64,000 nucleotides of DNA from an uncultured virus (IMG/VR IMGVR_UViG_3300026549_001681). Taxonomy: Duplodnaviria > Heunggongvirae > Uroviricota > Caudoviricetes. This document shows, piece by piece, positions 38,656-47,670 of this stretch. The notes under the pieces are model-generated. The model was given only the letters and a program-made list of their open reading frames with translations. It did no database searches and was not told the origin of the DNA. The stretch lies in IMG/VR virus record IMGVR_UViG_3300026549_001681; one strand, 5' to 3'. Position numbers and translations under genes: made by a program. Every line of letters starts with the position of its first letter. Within the stretch, counting starts at the first letter, position 1.

Positions 38656-40539
38656 ATGAGTATTACATTATCAGATGAACAGGAAAGATTCGTACAGGCT
38701 GCATGTTCCGGGAAGAACATCCTGGTCGACGCCTGCATCGGATCAGGCAAGACGACTGCGATCCAGGAACTCTGCAACAGGCTTCCCGGCAAGAGGATAC
38801 TGTACCTGACATATAACAAGATATTGAAACTCGATGCCAAGGCCAAGATCACTAACAGGAATGTACTTGTCTCGAATTATCACGGCTATGCTTTTATGCT
38901 CCTCAAGAAGATAAACAAGTCATGCGGCATCGAAGAGCTCATCAAGACCTGTAACAGGGAAAAACCGCCTGTTGAAAAGTTCGATATGCTCATCATGGAC
39001 GAATACCAGGATATCGACCAGGAAATCTCGGAATTTTTGACTCTCATCAAGGACTCAAATCCCGGGATGCAGATAATAGCAGTAGGCGACATGGACCAGA
39101 AGATCTATGACAGAACTCTCTTGGACGTAAGACAGTTCATGACAGAATTTCTGGGCACACATGACAATATGTATTTTACGAAGTGTTTCCGTATCTCTCC
39201 GGAACTCGCTGCAACGCTCGGACGCATCTGGGAGAAGCCGATAGACGGAGTAAATCCCGACTGTGAAGTCGAAGAAATGACGGAAGACGAGGCAATCCTG
39301 TTTCTGTCTCAGCACGATGCAAGCGAAGTGCTGTGTCTGGGTGCCAAGAACGGCAGTATGTCCAGCACGCTGAATAAACTTGAAACAGAGTTCCCGGAAA
39401 AATACAACAAGCAGACGGTCTATGCGACGATCGCGGACATGGACAATACCTGGAAAGCAATAGAGCCGGGACCTAATGTCGGTATTTTTACGACCTACGA
39501 CAGCTGTAAAGGCTTAGAGAGACCTATCTGTGTCGTATTCGACTTTACAGAGTCTTACTGGAGCACCAGAACCCGCTGCTTTAATGTCAGATACGAGATA
39601 ATGAAGAACATCTTCTGTGTCGCAGCGAGCAGGGGCAAAAGGCACATCATATTCGTCAAACCCGACGAAGCCATGCTCAGCGAGGAGACATTGTCCACAC
39701 CGACAGAATCCAGACCGGACTTTCCCAATGTCGATATGTCATCGATGTTCGATTACAAAAAGAGGGAAGATGTGGAAGCAGCGTACGAGTGTGTCAAAGC
39801 CAAAAAGATCGATGTCCCTGATACAAGTACCATCGAAGTCAAGTTCAAAGACGGCATGATCGACCTGTCTCCCTGCGTAGGCATTTACAACGAAGCATCA
39901 TTCTTTTCCGCTTATGACATAGACCACTCTCTGAAGTACAAACTTGCTCATAAAAAAGACCAGTCCCTTCCTTACGGAGACTTCTTAGAGAACGCGACAC
40001 TGGAAGAAAAGATCCTGTTCTATGTTGCTCTTGAGACAAACCAAAAAAGGTATTATACGCAGGCAGAAAGTGTCTATGTTGACGAGAACAGCTCAGAGCA
40101 GATGCACAGAAGACTCCTGGAAAGACTTACTCCGGACGAAGAGGTGCAGACAGAGTGCAGGATCGAATTCGCAGACAGGGACGGACAGAAGGCCTTTACT
40201 GCCAACGGGATGTGCGACGTGCAGCGCCCTGACTGTATCTACGAGTTAAAGTTTGTTCAGGAGCTCCAGCATACGCACTTCTTGCAGCTTGCTTCTTACT
40301 TGGTCGCTAACAAACTTGAAAAAGGATACCTCTGGAACATCTATAACAATGACATTTACGAAGTGAGCGTTCCTGACAAAAGGAAATTCCTTAACGCCGT
40401 GTGTAATTGCGTAACAGGTGGTGTCTTGCCCAAATACACACCTGTCGGAGGTGATCCGAAACCCAAGACCAAGATGGGCGAGATGTTGCTGAAGGCAAAT
40501 AAGACCAGGATAAGAAAGAAGAACGGAAAAGATAACTAA
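38656..40539 (+). CDS. SF1 (UvrD-like) helicase fused to C-terminal PD-(D/E)XK nuclease
   Basis: ACIGSGKTT, DEYQD, VGD.DQ.IY, KGLE, VAASR; G.CD...YELKF...H.LQLA.Y. Confidence 0.85.
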   Translation: MSITLSDEQERFVQAACSGKNILVDACIGSGKTTAIQELCNRLPGKRILYLTYNKILKLDAKAKITNRNVLVSNYHGYAFMLLKKINKSCGIEELIKTCNREKPPVEKFDMLIMDEYQDIDQEISEFLTLIKDSNPGMQIIAVGDMDQKIYDRTLLDVRQFMTEFLGTHDNMYFTKCFRISPELAATLGRIWEKPIDGVNPDCEVEEMTEDEAILFLSQHDASEVLCLGAKNGSMSSTLNKLETEFPEKYNKQTVYATIADMDNTWKAIEPGPNVGIFTTYDSCKGLERPICVVFDFTESYWSTRTRCFNVRYEIMKNIFCVAASRGKRHIIFVKPDEAMLSEETLSTPTESRPDFPNVDMSSMFDYKKREDVEAAYECVKAKKIDVPDTSTIEVKFKDGMIDLSPCVGIYNEASFFSAYDIDHSLKYKLAHKKDQSLPYGDFLENATLEEKILFYVALETNQKRYYTQAESVYVDENSSEQMHRRLLERLTPDEEVQTECRIEFADRDGQKAFTANGMCDVQRPDCIYELKFVQELQHTHFLQLASYLVANKLEKGYLWNIYNNDIYEVSVPDKRKFLNAVCNCVTGGVLPKYTPVGGDPKPKTKMGEMLLKANKTRIRKKNGKDN

Positions 40540-40556
40540 GCACGATTGCTAAATAA

Positions 40557-40594
40557 ATAAAACGCCCCAGTCAATGAGATCGAGGCGTTTTATT
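40557..40594. terminator. Bidirectional terminator between convergent genes
   Basis: ATAAAACGCC...GGCGTTTTAT inverted repeat. Confidence 0.7.
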
Positions 40595-40615
40595 ATGGTG
40601 TCTTACAAATAAGGA

Positions 40616-41011
40616 TTATTTTGCTTTGCCTTGATATATGAAGGGAGCATCTTCGAAGACAGCTCCGGTGATCAGCACATCTTCTCCGTCTTTGACCGCA
40701 TAGTAGATCGTTTCAGGCCACGCGCCGCCCGGAGCCATGTCAAGGACATACCTGTTGTTCTCCTGGTCCCAAGTATAAGTTCCTCTGAATGTTCCCCAGG
40801 TGAAATCAAACTGGCAAGTGCCGTCGGGATAACAATACAGCCTTTCGACCTGAAAATCTTCATCTATCTCGCGCTGACTGATATAAAGGGCATTGATCTT
40901 CTGACCGTTCTTATCTCCGCCGCAGCCTGTCATGACAAAGCAGGCCAGTGACAATGATAGGATCAGAGCACAAAGCACTATCTTTTTCCGATTCCTATTA
41001 CATATTCGCAT
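40616..41011 (-). CDS. small lipoprotein
   Basis: Signal peptide with lipobox MTGC. Confidence 0.7.
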   Translation of the reverse strand: MRICNRNRKKIVLCALILSLSLACFVMTGCGGDKNGQKINALYISQREIDEDFQVERLYCYPDGTCQFDFTWGTFRGTYTWDQENNRYVLDMAPGGAWPETIYYAVKDGEDVLITGAVFEDAPFIYQGKAK

Positions 41012-41095
41012 AGTGTTCTCCTTTCTTATCCGATGCTGAATGTATCATAATACTATCACATAAATAAGAGAACAAATGTTCCACGCGGAACATTG

Positions 41096-43198
41096 TTACG
41101 ACCTTGGCGGGAACTCATATCCGATGGTGTGATCGGGCTTTAAGACCAGGTAAGCATCGAACTTCCTTCCGGATTTACCGGTAAAACCCTTAATCAGGTC
41201 AGTCTTGCCTCTGGCCAGGAGCTTCTTTACCTGTGTCTCGGTAATTGCCTTGGGTGCATCCTTGCTGCCCATCTTCTTCCAGACGACGAAATCACACACC
41301 CCCTGACCGCCGGTGCAGGACCAGCATATCTTACGTTCGACCACGTCTCTGCCACACTTAGGGCACTTGCCGACTACGTTAAGTCCGGCTGATTCCATGC
41401 CTTCAGGTTTGACGCCCTCATCGTTTCTGTGCTCATCGAAGAATTCATAAACAAAGTCATCGATACCGGACATAAAACGCTCAGCAGTCTCTTCGCCGTT
41501 AGCAATGGCAGCAAGTTCTTTTTCCCACTCGGCTGTTGTCTCTGGTGTCTTTATCTTCTCATCGGCAATGGCATCGAAAGCCTTACCTTTTTCAGTAGCG
41601 ATGAGCTTACCTTTTTCACGGACGATGTATCCGACGCGGATCAGCTTCTCGATGATGTCTGCGCGGGTAGCAGATGTTCCTATGCCGACACCTTTGAGTA
41701 CATCTTTGAGTTCCTCGTCTTCCAGAACTTTGCCGGCAGTTTCCATCGCAGTGATGATGGTTGCGTCAGTGTAATATGCAGGAGGCGTTGTCTGCTTCTG
41801 TTCGTCTTTGAGATCAAAGACCTTGTAATATTGGCCCTCGGCAAGTTCAGGGAGGATGTTTTCTTTTTCCTCGGCGGTCTTTCCGAGCATCTCATACATT
41901 GCAGTCTTCATAGTCCTGAAACCTGACTCAAGTATCTTCTTGCCTTCAGCTGTGAATTCGTAACCAGCTATGTCGAATTTTGCTTTCGTACTCTCATAAG
42001 TCGATTCGGGACCGGTCGCAATAAGAAGTCGCCAGCACACGAGAGCAAGAAGCTGGTTAGGCAGATCTGCCAGGGAAGCAAAAGGCACTACTTCTTTTGT
42101 AGGCAGAACGGCATGGTGATCCGTGACCTTCGTGTCGTCTATGACGCGTTCCAGGTTAGGTTCGTACTCAGGGCAAGTTTTGACCACGTTTCTGATGTGC
42201 GGTATAAGCTCCCTGACAGTGCCCTCCTGGGCCTGCTCGATGTACTTCGAATCAGTTCTCGGATAAGTAACGAGACGCTTCTCGTAGAGATCCTGAAGGC
42301 GGTCTAAGGATTCCTTGGCAGACAGTCCGAAGAACTTGTTGCTGTCTTTCTGGAAATCGCCGAGATTATAAAGAAGGTCATGCTTGGCGGTCTTCTTTTC
42401 CTTTTTGACTTCCAGGCACTTTGCATCCTTTCCGAAACAATCCCGGATGCACGTCTGAGCAGCGTCAAAAGTCTCTTCTCTGTGTGACGCAGTAAATCCA
42501 CCCAGGTCAACGGTAATGATGTAGTAGGGAACAGGTTTGAAATTCTCGATTTCTAAACAACGCTGTACGATGAAGTGATTTACGACAGTCTGAACTCTGC
42601 CTGCGGTATAGTAGACCTTGGCAGAGCCGTACTTGACGGTGTAAAAGACGGAAAGATTGATTCCTACCGCCCAGTCGGCCTGTTGTCTTGCTTCAGCTGC
42701 GCGGAAGAGATTGTCATAGGCAGAGATAGGCTTTCTGTTATGCAGCCCTTCTTCTATGACTGTCTTTTCCATTGAAGATACCCATAATCGTGACGCAGGC
42801 TTTTTACATCCTGCAAGATTGTAGATCAGACGGAAGATCAGCTCACCTTCGCGGCCGGCATCCGTTGCACAGATGACTTCTTCACAGTCTGACGAGTTGA
42901 TGAGCTTTTTGACGACATTGTACTGGTTCCTTACGGCCTTGTTATAATCTTCGGTGCCTCTTACGTCTGCGATACGGTAACGGTAAGGATTAGGCAGGAA
43001 CGGATAATCGTCAAGGTCCCATCTGCCTGCGAATTTTTCGTCATAGTCCTTAGCGTCCCAGAGCTCTACAAGATGTCCTAATGCCCAGGTAACGCAGTAA
43101 TTGTTACCGGACAGATAACCGTCTTTTCGGTCGAAGGCTCTGACGACTTCCGCGATATTCCTGGCTACTGAAGGCTTCTCTGCAAGAATAACTATCAT
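41096..43198 (-). CDS. topB: DNA topoisomerase III
   Basis: AEKPSVA, ATDAGREGELI, GRVQT, TYPRTDS, DHHA, GIGTSATRADIIE, C-terminal Zn ribbon. Confidence 0.95.
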   Translation of the reverse strand: MIVILAEKPSVARNIAEVVRAFDRKDGYLSGNNYCVTWALGHLVELWDAKDYDEKFAGRWDLDDYPFLPNPYRYRIADVRGTEDYNKAVRNQYNVVKKLINSSDCEEVICATDAGREGELIFRLIYNLAGCKKPASRLWVSSMEKTVIEEGLHNRKPISAYDNLFRAAEARQQADWAVGINLSVFYTVKYGSAKVYYTAGRVQTVVNHFIVQRCLEIENFKPVPYYIITVDLGGFTASHREETFDAAQTCIRDCFGKDAKCLEVKKEKKTAKHDLLYNLGDFQKDSNKFFGLSAKESLDRLQDLYEKRLVTYPRTDSKYIEQAQEGTVRELIPHIRNVVKTCPEYEPNLERVIDDTKVTDHHAVLPTKEVVPFASLADLPNQLLALVCWRLLIATGPESTYESTKAKFDIAGYEFTAEGKKILESGFRTMKTAMYEMLGKTAEEKENILPELAEGQYYKVFDLKDEQKQTTPPAYYTDATIITAMETAGKVLEDEELKDVLKGVGIGTSATRADIIEKLIRVGYIVREKGKLIATEKGKAFDAIADEKIKTPETTAEWEKELAAIANGEETAERFMSGIDDFVYEFFDEHRNDEGVKPEGMESAGLNVVGKCPKCGRDVVERKICWSCTGGQGVCDFVVWKKMGSKDAPKAITETQVKKLLARGKTDLIKGFTGKSGRKFDAYLVLKPDHTIGYEFPPRS

Positions 43199-43353
43199 GT
43201 CAAAAATCCTTTCTATATCAAGAGTTTTATCCAAAAAATATTGTTATAAAACTCTAAATATGCTACGCTAAATTAACCAAGGGTATTGGTCATACCTTTA
43301 GGTCTTATCTTCGACTCCCCGGTGCGCGGTTCATGCTTCGGGGAGCTTTTAAT

Positions 43354-43755
43354 TTAAGCGGCAAGGGCGAGGTATCTGTCTACAAGTTTGTTCTGAGCCT
43401 CGATGCGTGCGAACCCTTTTACGTTTCTGGCAAGTACATCATGGCTCACGCTGAACATGACGGTCCAGCCGCCTTTCTTATCGTCCATGATGCGGCACTT
43501 GGTAATAACAGGGAAGACCACGATCTCAACATCGTAGTGGCCCTTCTCGACAAGAAAAGCGACTTTCTGCTTCAGGATCTTGTCAGTAAGGCTACGCATC
43601 TGCTCCTTGGTCTTCAACGACTGAAATCCGAGCTTGGACAGTTCCTTCCAATCCAGTACGGCACCTCTCTTGTCGTTCTTGTCCTCCGAACGGGACAAGA
43701 TAACTGAGATCAATTCCTTTTCTTTCTTGTTCAGTTTTGCATCGTACTTACTCAT
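43354..43755 (-). CDS. hypothetical protein resembling the Rep_3 first winged-helix domain
   Basis: LNKKEKELISVILS; FPVITKCRIMDDKKGGWTVMFSVSHDVL similar to Rep TVLFQRCRVIVDKGQAYVELNASDDAL. Confidence 0.55.
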   Translation of the reverse strand: MSKYDAKLNKKEKELISVILSRSEDKNDKRGAVLDWKELSKLGFQSLKTKEQMRSLTDKILKQKVAFLVEKGHYDVEIVVFPVITKCRIMDDKKGGWTVMFSVSHDVLARNVKGFARIEAQNKLVDRYLALAA

Positions 43756-43775
43756 AAAATTGCTCCTCTCAAATA

Positions 43776-44135
43776 TTAGTCTATCTCTTTATAAACACTC
43801 TGATATACTCCGTATGCGTCACAAATCTCATCAACCGCATCGTTAAGGAATCTGGAAAAGTCAGAACCCGTACAAAGAAGCAACTCAGGATACTTTTCCC
43901 TTATTTCCGTATGTTCTTCAAAAACCTTCTTTACAAAGTCCGGCTCTGTCAATTTTCGCGTATTGCCGGAAGCGATGCCAAGCATATCGAAGTATGTCAC
44001 CATGACTCTCAGGTAGATCGGGTCCAGATAGACAACTTTTGTCTGACCGTCTGATTCATACCAATGCTTGAGTTTGTTGAGCTGGTTCAGTGAGAGTGTC
44101 ACATCATATCGGCACCTGTTTTCCGTCTTACTCAT
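43776..44135 (-). CDS. hypothetical protein
   Basis: Start MSKTEN after GAGGAG. Confidence 0.65.
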   Translation of the reverse strand: MSKTENRCRYDVTLSLNQLNKLKHWYESDGQTKVVYLDPIYLRVMVTYFDMLGIASGNTRKLTEPDFVKKVFEEHTEIREKYPELLLCTGSDFSRFLNDAVDEICDAYGVYQSVYKEID

Positions 44136-44155
44136 AAAAGTGCTCCTCTCAAATA

Positions 44156-44311
44156 TTAGTCTTTTTCTTTGTAGTCCTGACAGATGGGGTAGAAACCTGA
44201 ACCTGTCATCTCGTGTTCGATGTGAACGTATTTCGTCGTTTCTCCGCACCCGGTACACTCACCATCGAAGTTATTTTCGCAGTCGGTCGCATCGCATTTA
44301 ATGATAATCAT
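44156..44311 (-). CDS. 51-aa Cys-rich protein (not in ORF track)
   Basis: MIIIKCDATDCENNFDGECTGC...ICQDYKEKD fills the gap in the operon. Confidence 0.55.
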   Translation of the reverse strand: MIIIKCDATDCENNFDGECTGCGETTKYVHIEHEMTGSGFYPICQDYKEKD

Positions 44312-44313
44312 TG

Positions 44314-44502
44314 TCATAAACCTCTTGCCATCATATCGTCTATATCTTTCTGATATCCGTTATAGTGCCTCATCGCTTTCTCGGCGGTCCTGAACCCGTA
44401 TCCGTTAGCATCGTCCAACACTTTACCCGTGTCCTTATCAATGACAATGTAACGTGTCTCCGTTATGGAAAACGCTGAGCATACGATCGGAATAGGTGTC
44501 AT
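44314..44502 (-). CDS. small hypothetical protein
   Basis: G.VLDDANGYG motif; RBS. Confidence 0.6.
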   Translation of the reverse strand: MTPIPIVCSAFSITETRYIVIDKDTGKVLDDANGYGFRTAEKAMRHYNGYQKDIDDMMARGL

Positions 44503-44511
44503 ACCTGCTTA

Positions 44512-44844
44512 TTACCTCCTGTTAAGACGATCTAACATATAATCTACACTTTGCTGTTTATCCTGCGGCCATTCAGCATAGTGTTCCGTCAGCCACGAGA
44601 CTTGTTCATCTGTAAGATATACAAGTTTATGTTCATCATTAAGTTGCGGATATCCTATCCTGCCATAGATGTCGCGTGCTCTGACGACAACCCAGCCCGC
44701 ATCCATCAAGTAATCTTCTGCTTCCACACCGTTATAAAATTTTCTACCCAGTTTTTCGCAGATCTCCATTGCTGTGTTTAAGTGGTCATAAGCGGTACAA
44801 GCATATAGAACAGCTTCCGGAGATAAAAAACCACAATGGTTCAT
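44512..44844 (-). CDS. hypothetical protein
   Basis: Coupled ORF. Confidence 0.65.
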   Translation of the reverse strand: MNHCGFLSPEAVLYACTAYDHLNTAMEICEKLGRKFYNGVEAEDYLMDAGWVVVRARDIYGRIGYPQLNDEHKLVYLTDEQVSWLTEHYAEWPQDKQQSVDYMLDRLNRR

Positions 44845-45428
44845 TCTTCCGCACCGCCTTTCAGCTGTTTCTGAGCTAACTTGAACGCAAGCATATAAAG
44901 CTCCAGTATCCCGGTCGGTTCTTTTCCCAGATCATAGGCATATTCATAGCAATCAGAATCATATTCACTAAGAGCTTCCACGCCTTTCTGAGATATTCCT
45001 GTTCGATCGTTGAAGTCTTCTAAGACTTCGTAAATCAACTGCTCGATCTCCGTATCATGCTCTTCTTGATTGATTTCTTCATCAGTTACCCATCCATATT
45101 CGTTTGCCTTGCTAATTAGTTCGTTTTTGGCACTTTCATAGTCATATACATAAATAGGTCTTTCATGGCAACAGATCTTCTCTTCGAAATATCCCGTGTT
45201 ATTAACAAAGTCTCCGAAAGTCTCATATCTCATGTTAGTGATGTTATATGCGATAAGGTCTCCGAGATCTCCGGATATATGAAGCCTGTAGTGATCTTCC
45301 TCAAACAAAAACCTGATTCTATATTCACAATGTCCCGGATTCTGAAAATCAAGGATCTTGATATTCCCAAAATCTTGGAAAGTTGCAACGTGATTTTTGA
45401 AGTTCTCTTTTTGACGCAACAGATTCAT
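44841..45428 (-). CDS. phage-like hypothetical protein
   Basis: L.ISGDLG motif; AGGAGG RBS. Confidence 0.7.
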   Translation of the reverse strand: MNLLRQKENFKNHVATFQDFGNIKILDFQNPGHCEYRIRFLFEEDHYRLHISGDLGDLIAYNITNMRYETFGDFVNNTGYFEEKICCHERPIYVYDYESAKNELISKANEYGWVTDEEINQEEHDTEIEQLIYEVLEDFNDRTGISQKGVEALSEYDSDCYEYAYDLGKEPTGILELYMLAFKLAQKQLKGGAEE

Positions 45429-45442
45429 AAATCCTCCTTGAA

Positions 45443-45661
45443 TTATCCGTTCTCTTTCATTTTGCTCAAGATCTCTTCGTCGGTTTTGCCTTCGACATAC
45501 TCATCGTCGATACAATCATCCAGCTCACAATCCTTAACGATCTCAAGTTCCTGAAGCTGCTTTACCAACTTGTCGTAATTAACCTCGTCCTTGTGCTTTG
45601 CTGAATCGTCAAGAATAGCTTTTATACAGGCTAAGTATCCGTCTTTATAAAAATTCCTCAT
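45443..45661 (-). CDS. small hypothetical protein
   Basis: Start MRNFY. Confidence 0.55.
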   Translation of the reverse strand: MRNFYKDGYLACIKAILDDSAKHKDEVNYDKLVKQLQELEIVKDCELDDCIDDEYVEGKTDEEILSKMKENG

Positions 45662-45671
45662 TGATTGTCCC

Positions 45672-46130
45672 TCAGATCTTGGCCTTGCATTTCGGACAAC
45701 AGTAAGTGGACTTTTCGCCTTCTGTGACAGCGACAACAAACGACTCCTTGCAGTGCGGACACGAGATTGTCAAGGATCGTGTTTCGGTGTCAGCAAAATC
45801 GAAGACAGGCTGACCGTCTACTTCCACGGTGCAAATATCAAACAGCCCGTACGCTGCCCAGTCACAGCCTTTGCTCTCGTCATAACGTCCGATGCACTCA
45901 CAATACATGGCATTGGGTGCTGCTCCGGCTTCTCTGAATTCCTTGCCGGTATTCACTCTGCCGCAGCGGGGACAGACAAATTTATAATCCTCGAAATTCG
46001 TACCGAATCTGCGTTTGCCCTCGGCAAGCCATTCTGTCTTAGTGTATTTTCTGCGTTCCACGATCACATCTTTATCCTTTCTTATCCTGCAATGGCTGTC
46101 CCGGTCATTTTGGCTTTGCAACGAGGACAC
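45672..46130 (-). CDS. VVA0879-like Cys-rich protein (true start probably near 46066)
   Basis: W..EG..RFG...FVCP.CG...CIGR....GCDWAAYGLF. Confidence 0.65.
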   Translation of the reverse strand: MSSLQSQNDRDSHCRIRKDKDVIVERRKYTKTEWLAEGKRRFGTNFEDYKFVCPRCGRVNTGKEFREAGAAPNAMYCECIGRYDESKGCDWAAYGLFDICTVEVDGQPVFDFADTETRSLTISCPHCKESFVVAVTEGEKSTYCCPKCKAKI

Positions 46131-46450
46131 TCAGGTCCTTCCTGGTCCAGCGATACCGTATTTCCGCAATTCGAACAATCCGAAAAGAACTCCTTATTTA
46201 CAAACTCCGGATTCCTGCTCGGATTTATCCAGTGTGCCGTTGTGATCCTCGGCTTGATAGGCACAGACTCAATAAGCGTGCCCTGCGGCTTGGGACACCT
46301 GGCGATCTCAAGTATCCACTTTTCTGTATATGGCTCGTGGCAGCATACTGAGAGTTCCTGACCGTTTCCGGCTGCAATACTCTTACAGCTGTCACAACCA
46401 TTACACCTTTTTAGGATCTGTATAAGTCTGTCAACCTCGGGCTGCATCAT
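46082..46450 (-). CDS. phage-like Zn-ribbon protein
   Basis: HWI...CSNCG...CPRCKAKM. Confidence 0.6.
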   Translation of the reverse strand: MMQPEVDRLIQILKRCNGCDSCKSIAAGNGQELSVCCHEPYTEKWILEIARCPKPQGTLIESVPIKPRITTAHWINPSRNPEFVNKEFFSDCSNCGNTVSLDQEGPECPRCKAKMTGTAIAG

Positions 46451-47388
46451 GTCTCGTTCCTTTCCGCATATCCCGTTTTATAATCGATCGTCCAACCGGA
46501 CTGAAGATTCGGTACAAAGAAGCAATAACAGATGGACAGACCATTATCCTCGACGGAAAAGGCTTCCATTATCACGCCTCTGCAAACAAGTTCATCGTCA
46601 AGGAACACCGGAGTCACACGGTACATGATGTGAAGTCCCGGATTATCGTCTAAGACTTCTTCGACTGCGATCTCGTTGGGGAGCATGGCATCGTTATTGA
46701 ACTGTCTGGTACCGGTAACAAGGTTCTTCGGGTTATCATCCTGACCTGTCAGAGCCCACGCAATAAGATGTGATCTGTTATAGAGCCAGCCCTTATCGAC
46801 ATCTTCAGCAGGAATGGATTTCCAGCCTGAAGGCTTTACCTCCGAGATGTCTCCTCTCTCAGCATCATACCCGGGCATCATATCCTGCGTAAGGCAGGCA
46901 AAGGCAACTCCACAGCGTCCGTATGAATCGAGGTCAGAGTATTCTTCGAAAGATTCCAACGAGAGTTCATCATCGGTGAAATAGGGGATACCGCCGTTAA
47001 GCTCGACAGCAAGCGTATCATCCGGCAGCGCTTCAAAGTTGATATCATTCCACGAAAAATGTGCTTTGTCAGCAGCAGACGTGGAGGAGGAAGCAGTAAC
47101 GCTTGACTCGACCGTAGTGCCTGAAACGGTCGCATCAGACGTTACTGCCGTGGTTTCGATCGTAAGTTCGGATGGCGCGATCTGGTTGAACTGGCTCTCA
47201 AGTGCGTTCCTGTCAATGACATTGTTGGCATAGGCCCAGCGGAATCCCATAAAGACAAGGAACAGGACAAGAGCAATGCCGAACTCGATAAGGTTCGACT
47301 TAAGTGCTTTCTTGAATTTCTTTTTCCGGTCTTTCTTCTCGCCGAAGAACACTCGGTTCCAGTTCACGTTCTTGATCGACATGGTCAT
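46447..47388 (-). CDS. Membrane-anchored DNA/RNA non-specific endonuclease (streptodornase-like)
   Basis: YSDLD.YGRCG, PSGW, YNRSHLI, NLVTGT..FN, YRVTP; N-terminal TM helix. Confidence 0.9.
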   Translation of the reverse strand: MTMSIKNVNWNRVFFGEKKDRKKKFKKALKSNLIEFGIALVLFLVFMGFRWAYANNVIDRNALESQFNQIAPSELTIETTAVTSDATVSGTTVESSVTASSSTSAADKAHFSWNDINFEALPDDTLAVELNGGIPYFTDDELSLESFEEYSDLDSYGRCGVAFACLTQDMMPGYDAERGDISEVKPSGWKSIPAEDVDKGWLYNRSHLIAWALTGQDDNPKNLVTGTRQFNNDAMLPNEIAVEEVLDDNPGLHIMYRVTPVFLDDELVCRGVIMEAFSVEDNGLSICYCFFVPNLQSGWTIDYKTGYAERNET

Positions 47389-47411
47389 TTATCTCCGGTC
47401 TTTATCTTCAA

Positions 47412-47444
47412 TGTCATTATATAACGACAAACTAAATCTGTCAA
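47412..47444 (-). promoter_or_regulatory. Consensus sigma-A promoter with 18-bp palindromic operator
   Basis: TTGACA-17-TATAAT; TGTCGTTATATAATGACA. Confidence 0.75.
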
Positions 47445-47670
47445 TCTGTTAATGTTGCGTGTTGCACGAAATGCAAGTAAAAGTTGCACCGTGTCCTACA
47501 CTGTATTATGCTTTTCTTAAATAGAAATACAAGCACAGGATAAAACGATTTGTTTGATTATACAAATCGAATAAAGCGCGTTTGGTGTATGTGCAGAAAT
47601 ATGCAAAACGCAATACATAGGTTATAATGAAAAGTGAAGATAAGATTAAATACAGGAGACCAAGACCACT

